Origin: a virus
Lineage: Duplodnaviria > Caudoviricetes
Length of the DNA: 39,839 bases
Virus record (IMG/VR): IMGVR_UViG_3300046832_000883
Span: 1 to 39,839 of that record
Strand: one strand, 5' to 3'
Shown piece by piece: positions 25,669-35,426 of this stretch. Every line of letters begins with the position of its first letter. Position 1 is the stretch's first letter. The notes beneath the pieces are model-generated. The model did no database searches and was not told where the DNA came from. It worked only from the letters and a program-made list of their open reading frames with translations. Position numbers and translations under genes: made by a program.

Positions 25669-26028
25669 GCAACTTTTACAAAAATCCCACTCAGCGGTTC
25701 AACAGACGGTCGTGGCATCCACATCGATGATTCCGCAACACCAGGCAAAACAGTTCACACTGGGTTTAACAACGCCAACACGATTGACGAAGTTTGGCTG
25801 TATGCAACCAACTATGACTCCACAGACCGCAAACTCACAATTGAGTGGGGTGGCGCAACCGCAGGTGGCGACATTATTGAGTTCACCGTAAAAGCAGAAA
25901 ACGGTCTGTATTTGATAGTCCCTGGTCTGATTCTTAAGGGTAACGCCACTCCGTTGGTTATTGCTGCTTTCGCTGCAACAACTAGTGCTATTAACATTTT
26001 TGGGTACGTCAACCGCATTACAGCGTAA
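25666..26028 (+). CDS. Putative virion structural (fibre-associated) protein
   Basis: 120 aa, beta-rich (DEVWLYATN...LTIEWGG...IFGYVNRI), directly before the Gly-rich gene. Confidence 0.55.
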   Translation: MATFTKIPLSGSTDGRGIHIDDSATPGKTVHTGFNNANTIDEVWLYATNYDSTDRKLTIEWGGATAGGDIIEFTVKAENGLYLIVPGLILKGNATPLVIAAFAATTSAINIFGYVNRITA

Positions 26029-26039
26029 GGTCATCTTAG

Positions 26040-26921
26040 ATGTCCAAGATTTCACGTAACACTTCAGGTGGTACATTGGTTAGCGGTGGTGCTTTGGCAC
26101 CACGCAGTCGCCGTGGTAACACCAATCAGGCTGATGGCTATTGGCGTGGTGGTGGTGGTGCAACCACACCAGAAACCGTTGAATATTTGGTAATTGGAGG
26201 CGGTGGGGGCGGAGGAGGTGGGCAATACTACGCCAACGGAAACGGTGGTGGAGGTGGTGCTGGTGGTTATCGTACTTCTGTTGTAGGCGCAACTCAGGGC
26301 GGTGGAAGTTCTGCGGCATCTGCTCTCGCTGTTGCTTCTGGAACCGCATTAACCGTTACTGTCGGAACTGGTGGAGGCGGTGGTGGCGGAGGCTACCCTG
26401 GAGCCGTTGGTAACAGTTCCGCATTTAGTTCAATTTCTGTAAACGGCGGCGGTGCTGGCGGTGGTTCCGTATATGGTGGTGCTTCTGGTGGTGGTGCTGC
26501 TGGACAAGGTTCATTCGGATACGGTGGTGGTGGAGCACACGGAGACTGGGGTAAAGGTGGTTCTGGCGGAGGTGGTGCTGGAGGCGGTGGAACTACTGCC
26601 ACCTCTGGTACAGGTGGTGCAGGTGGTTCTGGATTGAGCAACTCAATCACTGGCAGTGCTGTAACTCGTGCTGGTGGCGGAACTGGTGGAACGCAAGGCG
26701 CAGCAAGCGTTGGAGGTGGCGGTGCATCTCCTGGTGGAGGCGGTGGCGGTAGCGATGGATTTTGGTCTTATGCTGGAGGAACTGGTGGAACTGGGTACGT
26801 TGCAATTCGCTACCCAGATACTTTTAATGCCGCCTCGGCAACAACTGGCTCACCAACAATAACAATTTCTGGTGGTTATCGAATTTATCAATGGAATGGT
26901 TCGGGGAGTATTACTTTTTAA
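26040..26921 (+). CDS. Glycine-rich-domain fibre / receptor-binding protein
   Basis: VEYLVIGGGGGGG, GGGGAGGY, TVTVGTGG, GTGYVAIRY and YRIYQWNGSGSITF hallmarks. Confidence 0.8.
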   Translation: MSKISRNTSGGTLVSGGALAPRSRRGNTNQADGYWRGGGGATTPETVEYLVIGGGGGGGGGQYYANGNGGGGGAGGYRTSVVGATQGGGSSAASALAVASGTALTVTVGTGGGGGGGGYPGAVGNSSAFSSISVNGGGAGGGSVYGGASGGGAAGQGSFGYGGGGAHGDWGKGGSGGGGAGGGGTTATSGTGGAGGSGLSNSITGSAVTRAGGGTGGTQGAASVGGGGASPGGGGGGSDGFWSYAGGTGGTGYVAIRYPDTFNAASATTGSPTITISGGYRIYQWNGSGSITF

Positions 26922-27292
26922 TGGCCAATTTTGCTGAATTAGACGACAACAACATTGTTCTTCGTGTTATTCGTGTTCATGACAACGAATGCTTAGATGA
27001 AAATGGTCAAGAAGTAGAAGCGCTTGGTATTGCTTTTTGCCAAAATTTATTTGGTGGAAACTGGATTCAAACGTCTGTAAACGGAAGAATTAGAAAGCGT
27101 TTAGCAGGAATAGGTTTTACCTATCACCCAGATAAGGACATCTTCATTTCCGAAAAACTTTTTCCTTCTTGGATTCTCAATGAAGAAACAACTGAATGGG
27201 AACCACCAGTTCCTCATCCGGATGCCGATACGTCATATGTATGGGACGAGGGTTTGCTAGGATGGGTTTTACCATCCAACACTACAGAATAA
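26921..27292 (+). CDS. Gly-rich fibre partner (assembly chaperone-like)
   Basis: MANFAELDDNNIVLRVI...WIQTS...AGIGFTY...WEPPVPHP...WDE; TAATG-coupled. Confidence 0.7.
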   Translation: MANFAELDDNNIVLRVIRVHDNECLDENGQEVEALGIAFCQNLFGGNWIQTSVNGRIRKRLAGIGFTYHPDKDIFISEKLFPSWILNEETTEWEPPVPHPDADTSYVWDEGLLGWVLPSNTTE

Positions 27293-27299
27293 GGGCAAA

Positions 27300-27923
27300 A
27301 TGTTCAATGAATTGGTTTGCGAATATCTTTTTCCTTCTCCAGTTTGGTGCATAGATTTACAAATCAATCTGAAAAAAATACATGAATATTGTTTGAATAT
27401 TCGTGATACAACGGATACAAGAAATCTTAGTAATCGTGGTATTAATTCTTTTCAATCAAAAGATATTGACACACAGGTTGAAATAAATAAAAACGAAGAA
27501 CTTTACAAATTGTTTTTATCTGTTGAAGAACATGCAAATATTGCATATTCAACCTATGAACCATTAGCAGGTTCATTGAGTACAAAAAACTTTTGGATAA
27601 ACATTAACGGGTATGGCGCATATAATTCAATACATACACATCCATCATCTGTTTTGTCTGGTGTTTTCTATGTTAATATTCCGCAAGATGAAGATTGCGG
27701 GGCAATTAATTTTTACAGAAATCAAGCAGAGGCATACGCAATAAAATCACTTGGGACTGGAAATACAATTTCCAACTCAAACGCTCCTCATTCAATACTG
27801 GAAAGATGGTATGAACCTGTAGAGAATAGGTTGTTTTTATTTCCATCTTGGATGCCACATGATGTGGGTGTTAACAGGAGCAAACAAGAACGAATTTCAA
27901 TATCTTTTAATTTAACAAATTAA
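27300..27923 (+). CDS. 2OG-Fe(II) oxygenase-like protein
   Basis: WINING...HTHPSSVLSGVFYV...LFPSWMPHDV...RISISFN. Confidence 0.88.
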   Translation: MFNELVCEYLFPSPVWCIDLQINLKKIHEYCLNIRDTTDTRNLSNRGINSFQSKDIDTQVEINKNEELYKLFLSVEEHANIAYSTYEPLAGSLSTKNFWININGYGAYNSIHTHPSSVLSGVFYVNIPQDEDCGAINFYRNQAEAYAIKSLGTGNTISNSNAPHSILERWYEPVENRLFLFPSWMPHDVGVNRSKQERISISFNLTN

Positions 27924-27924
27924 A

Positions 27925-29262
27925 ATGCGTTATTCCCGTTGGTTAATATTTGCTCCAGTAGCAATACTTGCATTATTCAGTACGGTCAGTAATGCTCAAC
28001 CCATCCAGGGCTTAAACACTACGTACTACGTAATTGACGAGGTGCCACCACTTCAATCAACAACCGAATACGAAGAATGTGGAAGCGAACTAGAGAACAA
28101 CATTAACCGTTCGTATGACGGTGAACCGTATGAGGACTGCACGGGTGATTTGTTTATGGTTCACATGACTGGATTCATTGCGATTCCAGAACACGATACA
28201 ATCGAGTTCTTTCTAGCATCAGATGATGGTGGGGAAATAACCATTGGCGATAACACCTTTGGTCTTTGGCAAGACCAAGGTTGTTCGGCCACAATGTCAG
28301 GGAACCTGACTATTGAGGCTGGCAGTCAGCCCCTAGAGTTGTGGATGTACGAGCATGGCGGGGGTTCCTGCGTAATGCTTGCATGGAAGATTGACAACAA
28401 CGATTGGGAGATAGTACCTGAATGGGCATTTACAACAACATCCACACCACAGACAACGACCAGTACTACTACTGTTCCGACAGAGACTGTGCCTGTCACG
28501 GACCCAATTACTACGACGCTTCCAGAGTCAACTACGTCGAGCGAACTGGTTACTACAACTTCGTTGACGGTTCAAACCTCGACGTCCGTTGAAACCACAA
28601 CCACCACAGAATACGTATCCCCACCAGTAGCGCAACCACCTGTAGTGGTTGAGCCTGAACCCATAGAAGAGCCAACCACAGAAGATACGGAACCCATCCA
28701 AGAGCCTGAAGAAGTAGTTGAAGAAACAATCCCATTGGAACCTCCAGACACAGACCCTACTGTTGAGATAGAAGATACCCTACCGTTTGTCGATGAACTG
28801 GTGGACGATACTACCCCTGTGCTACCAGATGATACTACTCCCATAGAGGTGTTACCTGATGAGGTAACAGAGGAAACCCCAGTTGAGGAACTCAACGATG
28901 AGGAGTTGTTGACCGCCATTGAGTCAATTGAGGAAGGTATGGAAGTTAGCGAAGAACTGGCTGTGGCTGTAGCCCAAAGCGCAGAAGTGGTGGCATCCCT
29001 TTCGTCTGAAGAGGCTACTGCTGTGTTCGAGGCCATTGAGGTAGACAATCTGTCAACAGAGGAGGCACAAGCCATCGTAGAGGCTGTGCAGGATGCACCA
29101 GCCGAGGTTCGTGAAGCCTTCGAAGAGGAAATCAACATCTTTAGCCCAGGCTTTGACAACTACGTTCCACTTGGTAGCAACATCCCCGTAAGTACCCGTA
29201 GAACCCTTATTGCTGTTGCTGCTGGCGCAGCCATTGCTGCTGCAGGTACCCGCAGACCGTAA
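27925..29262 (+). CDS. Secreted or surface-type PA14-domain protein with Thr-rich and acidic stalk
   Basis: Signal peptide MRYSRWLIFAPVAILALFSTVSNA; PA14 motif TGFIAIP...FFLASDDGG; T/E/P-rich linker; hydrophobic C-terminus with RRP. Confidence 0.75.
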   Translation: MRYSRWLIFAPVAILALFSTVSNAQPIQGLNTTYYVIDEVPPLQSTTEYEECGSELENNINRSYDGEPYEDCTGDLFMVHMTGFIAIPEHDTIEFFLASDDGGEITIGDNTFGLWQDQGCSATMSGNLTIEAGSQPLELWMYEHGGGSCVMLAWKIDNNDWEIVPEWAFTTTSTPQTTTSTTTVPTETVPVTDPITTTLPESTTSSELVTTTSLTVQTSTSVETTTTTEYVSPPVAQPPVVVEPEPIEEPTTEDTEPIQEPEEVVEETIPLEPPDTDPTVEIEDTLPFVDELVDDTTPVLPDDTTPIEVLPDEVTEETPVEELNDEELLTAIESIEEGMEVSEELAVAVAQSAEVVASLSSEEATAVFEAIEVDNLSTEEAQAIVEAVQDAPAEVREAFEEEINIFSPGFDNYVPLGSNIPVSTRRTLIAVAAGAAIAAAGTRRP

Positions 29263-29282
29263 CGAATGCACCTAATGGTGTG
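29259..29282 (+). promoter_or_regulatory. GTAAC-box putative late promoter
   Basis: GTAACGAATGCACCTAATGGT-GTG; 21-nt spacing, no clear SD. Confidence 0.65.
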
Positions 29283-29447
29283 AAGAAGATTCTTTCCGAA
29301 ATCCATGCATTGACTTGGACACTAGCCGGCACTGGAATGGTGCTTATTACGTTGTCTGGTCAAACTAAGACATTGGGTTGGGGGATTACTTTTATCGCAA
29401 TACTCATACACCTACTCGGTGTTTACTTCAAGGAGAATGATGAATAA
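29280..29447 (+). CDS. Small two-TM membrane protein (55 aa, holin-like), not in ORF track
   Basis: MKKILSEIHALTWTLAGTGMVLITLSGQTKTLGWGITFIAILIHLLGVYFKENDE. Confidence 0.7.
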   Translation: MKKILSEIHALTWTLAGTGMVLITLSGQTKTLGWGITFIAILIHLLGVYFKENDE

Positions 29448-29709
29448 GGCAAAAGATATTGCTGGCCGTATTGTTGCGCTGTTTTTGACTAACGCCCTCG
29501 GCGTTGTCACTGGTGCTGCTGTTATCGCCCCCGACTTGGAAGTCTGGAAGTCAGCGTTGATTGCTGGTGCAGTCTCAATTTTCAAGGTTGCTGAAGGTCT
29601 TGCCAAGGCAAGCATCGACGGTGTATTGACCAAGGATGAAATTGATGCAGCCTTTGGTGCAAGCCCAAAGAAGATTGCAGCCAAGAAGGCAGCCCCTAAG
29701 AAAATCTAA
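29437..29709 (+). CDS. Holin-like membrane protein
   Basis: AAGGAG RBS, two hydrophobic helices, Lys-rich C-tail. Confidence 0.6.
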   Translation: MMNKAKDIAGRIVALFLTNALGVVTGAAVIAPDLEVWKSALIAGAVSIFKVAEGLAKASIDGVLTKDEIDAAFGASPKKIAAKKAAPKKI

Positions 29710-31304
29710 TGGAACTTACAGACCTTCTCAATGAGAAGGAGTGGCGAAAATGTAGGGGTAGGGAAGGTGCAACCACCGAGGAATTGGTGGATGCATTTTC
29801 CCATTTCTGCTCCAACTATTGGCACATTCGGCATCCTGAGCGTGGGCGTATCAAGTTTGAGATGCGGGAAGCTCAGATTGAGACTGTGCGATGCTGGATT
29901 AACGACCGTTACACGATTGTTTTGAAGGCTCGTCAGATTGGCTTTTCTACACTTGCTGCTACTTTTAGTTTTTGGGAAACATTTTTCTGGTCTGACCGTT
30001 TTACGGTAATGCTTTCACGCACCGAGCGTGAAGCATCCAAGTTGCTTCAGAAGACGAAGTACGGCTACAAGATGATGCCTGCTTGGTTGAGGCTTCGTGG
30101 CCCAGACCTTTTGTCTGACAACCAATTGAAGATGGTGTTTGCAAACGACTCCTCTTTGGAGTCTTTGCCATCAGGCAACGACCCTGCTCGTGGTGAATCC
30201 GTTTATCGGGTGTTCATTGACGAGATGGCGTTTATTCCCAATGCTGCTGAGGCCTGGGCATCTATTGAGCCGATTGCAGACGTTGGTGGTCGTGTCAATT
30301 GTTTGAGCACAGCCAATGGTGAGGGCAACATATTTCATGAGCTTTGGGTTGGTTCCCAGACTGGCACGAATCGTTTTACTGGTATTTTCTTTCCTTGGTC
30401 GGCTGGCGACCGTGATGAGTCTTGGTATGAATCCAAGAAGGCTGACTTGCCAGATTGGCAGTTGGCACAGGAATATCCATCAGACCCAGAGGAAGCTTTT
30501 ATCCGCTCTGGTCGTCCTGTTTTTGATTTGGAGGCGATTCGTTTAATTGAGCCGATTGAGCCAGACCGTGGTTATCTTCAGCGTGGTCCAGGTCGTAATC
30601 ATTTTGATTTTATTGAAGATGGTGGTGCTCTTGCTATTTGGGATTACCCCGCTCGTGATGAGAACTACGTAATTGGTGCTGACGTTGCAGAAGGTTTGGG
30701 TCATGGTGACTATAGTTCTTTGCATGTCATTTCTGCGGACACTGGTATGGTTGTTGCGCACTGGCATGGCCATGTTGACCCTGACATTTTCGGCGAGGAA
30801 ATCCTGAAAGAGATTGGTTATTATTACAATTCTGCTTTGATTGGTGTTGAGTCAAACAACCACGGTCTTACGACCCTCAAGGGTTTGCAGCGTTCTGGTT
30901 ATAGGAATATCTATCGTCAGCGCAAAATGAATCATAGGAATCCTGTTATCTCTGATACTCTGGGTTGGAGAACAACCGCTGTTTCTAAGCCTTTGGCTAT
31001 TGATGAGTTGAATGCTGCCATTCGAGACCAAGGTCTTTCTTTGTACGATTCTAAGACTATGGCTGAGTTGCGTACATTTGTTCGTGAGGCTAATGGCAAG
31101 ATGCATGGCAGCCCCCATGACGACAGGGTTATGTCTTTTGCTATTGCCAATCAGATGTTGAAGTACGTTTGGCTTCCTGAGTACAGAACTGCTGAAGCAC
31201 CTTTGAGGAATACCCTTGGTTGGTGGGAGAAGTACATTGTTCGTGAGGTTGAGCCTCAGAATGCGAGAATTGGTTCTTACAATACGGTTTCTTCCGAAGC
31301 GTAA
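29709..31304 (+). CDS. terL: Terminase large subunit
   Basis: LKARQIGFST Walker A, FIDEMAF Walker B, LSTANG, IGADVAEG nuclease Asp, GVESNNHG and HDDRVM. Confidence 0.96.
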   Translation: MELTDLLNEKEWRKCRGREGATTEELVDAFSHFCSNYWHIRHPERGRIKFEMREAQIETVRCWINDRYTIVLKARQIGFSTLAATFSFWETFFWSDRFTVMLSRTEREASKLLQKTKYGYKMMPAWLRLRGPDLLSDNQLKMVFANDSSLESLPSGNDPARGESVYRVFIDEMAFIPNAAEAWASIEPIADVGGRVNCLSTANGEGNIFHELWVGSQTGTNRFTGIFFPWSAGDRDESWYESKKADLPDWQLAQEYPSDPEEAFIRSGRPVFDLEAIRLIEPIEPDRGYLQRGPGRNHFDFIEDGGALAIWDYPARDENYVIGADVAEGLGHGDYSSLHVISADTGMVVAHWHGHVDPDIFGEEILKEIGYYYNSALIGVESNNHGLTTLKGLQRSGYRNIYRQRKMNHRNPVISDTLGWRTTAVSKPLAIDELNAAIRDQGLSLYDSKTMAELRTFVREANGKMHGSPHDDRVMSFAIANQMLKYVWLPEYRTAEAPLRNTLGWWEKYIVREVEPQNARIGSYNTVSSEA

Positions 31305-31324
31305 CGAATTTCCTTATATCTATG
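31301..31324 (+). promoter_or_regulatory. GTAAC-box putative late promoter
   Basis: GTAACGAATTTCCTTATATCT-ATG; 21-nt spacing, no SD. Confidence 0.65.
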
Positions 31325-31549
31325 AAAGAATTTCGTTGTTTGGAATGTTTATCGACATTTATTGATGCTGAACTACCCCGTCGTGGTTCAATTTGTTTCA
31401 AATGCCACATTCGTAGCATTAATCTTGGTTTTACTTATGGCAAAGAGGATTTTCATGGACCAACAGTCCGTGAACGTGCCAAAGAGCAAGAGCGTCTAGC
31501 GGCTGAAGCTGGTATTAAAGCCGAACCTGTCGGAAGCAGGTGGGTGTGA
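31322..31549 (+). CDS. Small zinc-finger protein
   Basis: CLEC...CFKC. Confidence 0.7.
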   Translation: MKEFRCLECLSTFIDAELPRRGSICFKCHIRSINLGFTYGKEDFHGPTVRERAKEQERLAAEAGIKAEPVGSRWV

Positions 31550-31550
31550 C

Positions 31551-31751
31551 ATGGATGCAGTCTGGGTTCCTATCATCGTGGCGGTCATCACAGGACCAGT
31601 CGTGGTGGTACTACAAAAACTCAGAAAAGAAAATACGGAGCAACATGCGGAGGGCAGGGACCTGCTCAAACTTGTGGGAATTAAAGTCGACAAAATTGGA
31701 AGCAAACTTGACCAACACATCGGTTGGCACGAAGGCAAGAAAGAGGACTAA
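31551..31751 (+). CDS. Small single-TM membrane protein
   Basis: N-terminal TM helix, then LRKENTEQH...KLDQHIGWH coiled segment. Confidence 0.75.
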   Translation: MDAVWVPIIVAVITGPVVVVLQKLRKENTEQHAEGRDLLKLVGIKVDKIGSKLDQHIGWHEGKKED

Positions 31752-33604
31752 TGGCCAGGACTCCTAACTCCGAGTTGATTACTAGGTACCGAAAGAAGAT
31801 AAATCAGTCACGTCGTTGGCGACAGGATGAAAAGTACGACGAGCTTTGGCGTCGTATGATTGACATGTATCGTGGCAAGCACTACATCAAGGCCAGTGAG
31901 ACTGACCAGCTTTTGGTTAATATTGCTTTTGCAACTATTAACGTAATTGCCCCTGGCGTTTCTGTTAACTATCCTAAGATTACCGTAAATGCTCGCAAGC
32001 ACGAACAGGCTCCTAACGCTGTTGTTACCGAGGCTATTGTCAATTATTGGTGGAGGCACTTTGATTGTCAGAAGGAATTCCGTCGTGCGGTGAAGGACGC
32101 TTTGGTTGTGGGCCACGGTTGGGTTAAGACTGGTTATCGTTTTGTTGAAGAGGATGTTGAAAGCGAAACTGCTGATGGCATGGCTGATGGCAGTCCAGAA
32201 TCCATTTCTGAGTCTGCTCAGATTATTACTGAAGACCGACCATTTGTTGAGCGTATTTCTCCGTTTGATGTTTTTGTTGATTCTGATTGCACTTCTATGT
32301 CTGATATGCGTTGGATTGCTCAACGCATTCGCCGTCCTTTGTCTGATGTAAAAAAGGACAAGCGTTATAATTCATCGGCACGTAATGATGCACAGCCAAG
32401 TCACTATTCACGTTATGGTCTTGACAATATTGGTGGTCGTGACCGTCCACGGCCTTCTACTGAGCCTGAGGATACTTACGTTGAGATTTGGGAGTATTAC
32501 GACATAGATTCTGGCAAGATGTCTGTTTTCTGCGATGGTGGTGAGAAGTTTCTTGTAAATCCTATTGACATTCCTTTTTCTTTTGGTCATCCATTTGTAA
32601 TGATTCCTAACTACGAGGTTCCTGAATACTTTTATCCAATGGGAGAGCTTGAGGCTATTGAGCCTTTGCAGATGGAGTTGAATCAAACTCGAACCCAGAT
32701 GATGAATCACCGCAAGCGTTTCTCACGTAAGTGGTTGTACAAGGAATCAGCGTTTGACGCTGATGGTCGTTCTGCTCTTGAATCAGATGAAGATAACGTA
32801 ATGGTTCCAGTAATTTCTGAGGAAAACATTAACAGCGTTGTTGGTCCGATGCCTGCCGTTATTAGTCCTCCAGAGTTCTACAATCAGTCTGAACTTATTT
32901 CCAATGACATTGACCGTGTTTCTGGTGTCTCTGAATATCAGCGTGGCTCGTTGCCTGAGATTCGTCGCACAGCAACTGAGGCTGGCATTATTCAGGATGC
33001 AGCCAATGCTCGTTCTGCTGATAAGTTGGCGATTATCGAACGTGCTATTGCTGATACCGCTCGTAGGTTGGTTGCTCTTGCACAGCAATTTATGACTGGT
33101 GAACAGGCTGTGCGATTGGTTGGCGCTGGCGCCAACCAGGTCTGGTTGAACTTTGACCGTGACTATTTGCAGGGTGAGTTTGACTTTGAGGTTGAAGGCG
33201 GTTCTACTCAGCCTGTTAATGAAAGTGTTCGTCGTCAAATGGCCATGCAGGTTGTTGATGCGATGGCACCTTTTGTTGGTACTGGTATTGTTGATATGCC
33301 CAAGCTTGCTGGTTATGTTTTGCAATATGGTTTTGGCATCAAGGATGGTGCTTCTTTTATCACTCAACCACCACCACCAGAACCACAGCCGGCTCCTCCT
33401 GCTGAACCGCAGATGCCCCCTGAGCAGATGATGCCTCAGGGTCCACCTCCAGGTATGCCACCTCAAGGTATGCCTCCTCAGGGCATGCCACCTCAAGGTG
33501 GAATGCCAGGTTTGCCTCCTGAACTTGCTTCTTTGCCTCCAGAAGTTTTAGCACAATTAATGCAGCAAATGCAGGGTGGCGGAATGCCACCTCCAGGTAT
33601 GTAA
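31751..33604 (+). CDS. Portal protein (podovirus-type) with Pro/Gln/Met-rich tail
   Basis: Follows terL; DALVVGHGWVKTG, ERISPFDVFVD, RTATEA and DFEVEGGST; TAATG start. Confidence 0.88.
   Translation: MARTPNSELITRYRKKINQSRRWRQDEKYDELWRRMIDMYRGKHYIKASETDQLLVNIAFATINVIAPGVSVNYPKITVNARKHEQAPNAVVTEAIVNYWWRHFDCQKEFRRAVKDALVVGHGWVKTGYRFVEEDVESETADGMADGSPESISESAQIITEDRPFVERISPFDVFVDSDCTSMSDMRWIAQRIRRPLSDVKKDKRYNSSARNDAQPSHYSRYGLDNIGGRDRPRPSTEPEDTYVEIWEYYDIDSGKMSVFCDGGEKFLVNPIDIPFSFGHPFVMIPNYEVPEYFYPMGELEAIEPLQMELNQTRTQMMNHRKRFSRKWLYKESAFDADGRSALESDEDNVMVPVISEENINSVVGPMPAVISPPEFYNQSELISNDIDRVSGVSEYQRGSLPEIRRTATEAGIIQDAANARSADKLAIIERAIADTARRLVALAQQFMTGEQAVRLVGAGANQVWLNFDRDYLQGEFDFEVEGGSTQPVNESVRRQMAMQVVDAMAPFVGTGIVDMPKLAGYVLQYGFGIKDGASFITQPPPPEPQPAPPAEPQMPPEQMMPQGPPPGMPPQGMPPQGMPPQGGMPGLPPELASLPPEVLAQLMQQMQGGGMPPPGM
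33368..33601 (+). repeat. Coding low-complexity repeat (MPPQG-like units)
   Basis: PPPPEPQP...GMPPQGMPPQGMPPQGGMP. Confidence 0.8.
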
Positions 33605-33624
33605 CGATAAATCCATAACTATAG
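33601..33624 (+). promoter_or_regulatory. GTAAC-box variant upstream of scaffold/capsid
   Basis: GTAACGATAAATCCATAACTATAG followed by a short leader with GAAAGGA SD. Confidence 0.55.
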
Positions 33625-33644
33625 AGCAACCTTGAAAGGACTCC

Positions 33645-34433
33645 ATGAGTGAAGTAAGTAGCAATGAACCAGTAGAACAAGTTATCCCCGAGGCAGAAAC
33701 CGAAGGACAAATAACCGAAGCAATTGGAGAAATTGAGAGTCTCAGTGAGCAAGAAATTGAATTGCTTCCTGTTGATGAGTTTGGTGACAAGTATGTCGCT
33801 GTGCAAGTTAACGGAGAAGAAGTTCGAGTTCCGCTCAAAGAGGCGCTTTCTGGATACCAGCGTCAGGCGGACTATACCCGCAAGACGCAGGAACTTGGAG
33901 AGCAACGGCGACAGGTACAGTTTGGTGCAGCACTGCAGGAAGCTTTGCAGAATGACCCAAAGGGTACTTTGGAATTGCTGAAACAACATTATGGTTTGGA
34001 CCAGACAGCTTTAACCCCCGAGGAAGAAGAACTGCAAGACCCTGTTGAGCGGCAGTACCGACAGTTGGAACAACGAGTGCAGGCTTTTGAGCATCAAAAG
34101 GCTGCTGACGAGTTGGAACGTACTGTTGCTTCGCTGCAATCGAAATATGAGGACTTCGATGCTAATGAAGTTGTGAACAGGGCTTTGGCTCTTGGTTCAA
34201 CGGATTTAGAGGCTGTCTACAAGCAGATTTCGTTTGACAAGGTGTACGAGGATGCAAAGGCTATTCGTCAGATTCGTTCAAAGGCGGCTGAAGAGCAGAC
34301 ACGCATTACTAGTGCAAAGCGTCAAGCTGGAGTTGTGAGTGGTGCATCAACATCAACTAGTGCTGATGTTTCGGCCAAACCAATTACATCATTGCGAGAA
34401 GCATTTGAGGCTGCTAAGCGTCAACATGCCTAA
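33645..34433 (+). CDS. Capsid scaffolding protein
   Basis: Acidic N-terminus, VNGEEVRVPLKEALSGYQRQADYTRKTQEL motif, coiled coil; lies between portal and capsid. Confidence 0.85.
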   Translation: MSEVSSNEPVEQVIPEAETEGQITEAIGEIESLSEQEIELLPVDEFGDKYVAVQVNGEEVRVPLKEALSGYQRQADYTRKTQELGEQRRQVQFGAALQEALQNDPKGTLELLKQHYGLDQTALTPEEEELQDPVERQYRQLEQRVQAFEHQKAADELERTVASLQSKYEDFDANEVVNRALALGSTDLEAVYKQISFDKVYEDAKAIRQIRSKAAEEQTRITSAKRQAGVVSGASTSTSADVSAKPITSLREAFEAAKRQHA

Positions 34434-34457
34434 CGCTTAACTTAAGGAGACAAGAAT

Positions 34458-35396
34458 ATGGTCGCTGCAAACAGCAACTTTGATAATCTATTAACAACAA
34501 CCCTTGCGAATTATCGCAAGCAACTCACGGACAACGTATTTACTGCTCGTCCATTGACCTACGCTCTTATGGAGAAGGGTCGCATTCGTATGCTTAACGG
34601 CGGTACGAAGATTGTTGAGCCACTCATTTACGGTCAGAACTCAACTGTTGCTTCTTACAGTGGCTACGACTCCCTGTCGTTGACTCCACAAGAAGGCATC
34701 TCGGCTGCTGAATTCGAATGGAAGCAGTACGCTGCTTCTATCGCAATCAGCGGTATTGAAGAGGCCAAGAACAACGGCGAGCAAGAAATCATTAACCTTT
34801 TGGAAGCAAAGATTATGCAGGCTGAAGAGTCCATGCGTGAATCTTTCAACCAGATGTTCTTTGCTGATGGAACTGGCAACAGCGGAAAAGACTGGAACGG
34901 CCTTGGCAACTTGGTTGAATCTGGCAACACCGTTGGCGGAATCAACTCAACCACTTACGAATGGTGGAAGTCAAAGGAAGACAACGATGCAGTTGCTTTG
35001 TCGCTTGCTGACATGTCTTCGATGTACAACAGCGTTTCGGTTGGTAATGACCACCCAGACACTTTGTTGACAACCCAGACGTTGTTTGAGAAGTACGAAG
35101 CATTGCTTCAGCCAAACCTCCGTTACACGGACACCAAGACTGCAGATGCTGGATTCCAGAACCTGTTGTTCAAGGCTGCTCCTGTAATGTACGACGTACA
35201 CTGCACCGCAGGCGTGTTCTACTTCCTTAACAGCAAGTACATCACCTTGGTTGGTCACTCAGACAAGTGGTTCTCGCAGACCGCTTTCATGTCGCCAGAA
35301 GACACCGATGCTCGTTATGCGCTCATCATGTGCTACGGCAACTTGACAGTTCGTAACCGTGCCAAGCAGGGCAAACTCACGGCAAAGACCGCCTAA
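34458..35396 (+). CDS. Major capsid protein
   Basis: 312 aa after the scaffold; strong AAGGAG RBS; high-expression codon use; HK97-like layout (LTDNVF...GGTKIVEPLIY...DGTGNSGKDWNGL...CYGNLTVRNR). Confidence 0.9.
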   Translation: MVAANSNFDNLLTTTLANYRKQLTDNVFTARPLTYALMEKGRIRMLNGGTKIVEPLIYGQNSTVASYSGYDSLSLTPQEGISAAEFEWKQYAASIAISGIEEAKNNGEQEIINLLEAKIMQAEESMRESFNQMFFADGTGNSGKDWNGLGNLVESGNTVGGINSTTYEWWKSKEDNDAVALSLADMSSMYNSVSVGNDHPDTLLTTQTLFEKYEALLQPNLRYTDTKTADAGFQNLLFKAAPVMYDVHCTAGVFYFLNSKYITLVGHSDKWFSQTAFMSPEDTDARYALIMCYGNLTVRNRAKQGKLTAKTA

Positions 35397-35426
35397 GTTA
35401 ACTACTAGAAATCAAGGAGAAATATT

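Noticed and set aside
29437-29448. Met-Met start as a holin/antiholin dual-start motif
   Set aside because: The two ATGs are adjacent with no charged residue between them, unlike the lambda S Met-Lys-Met arrangement.
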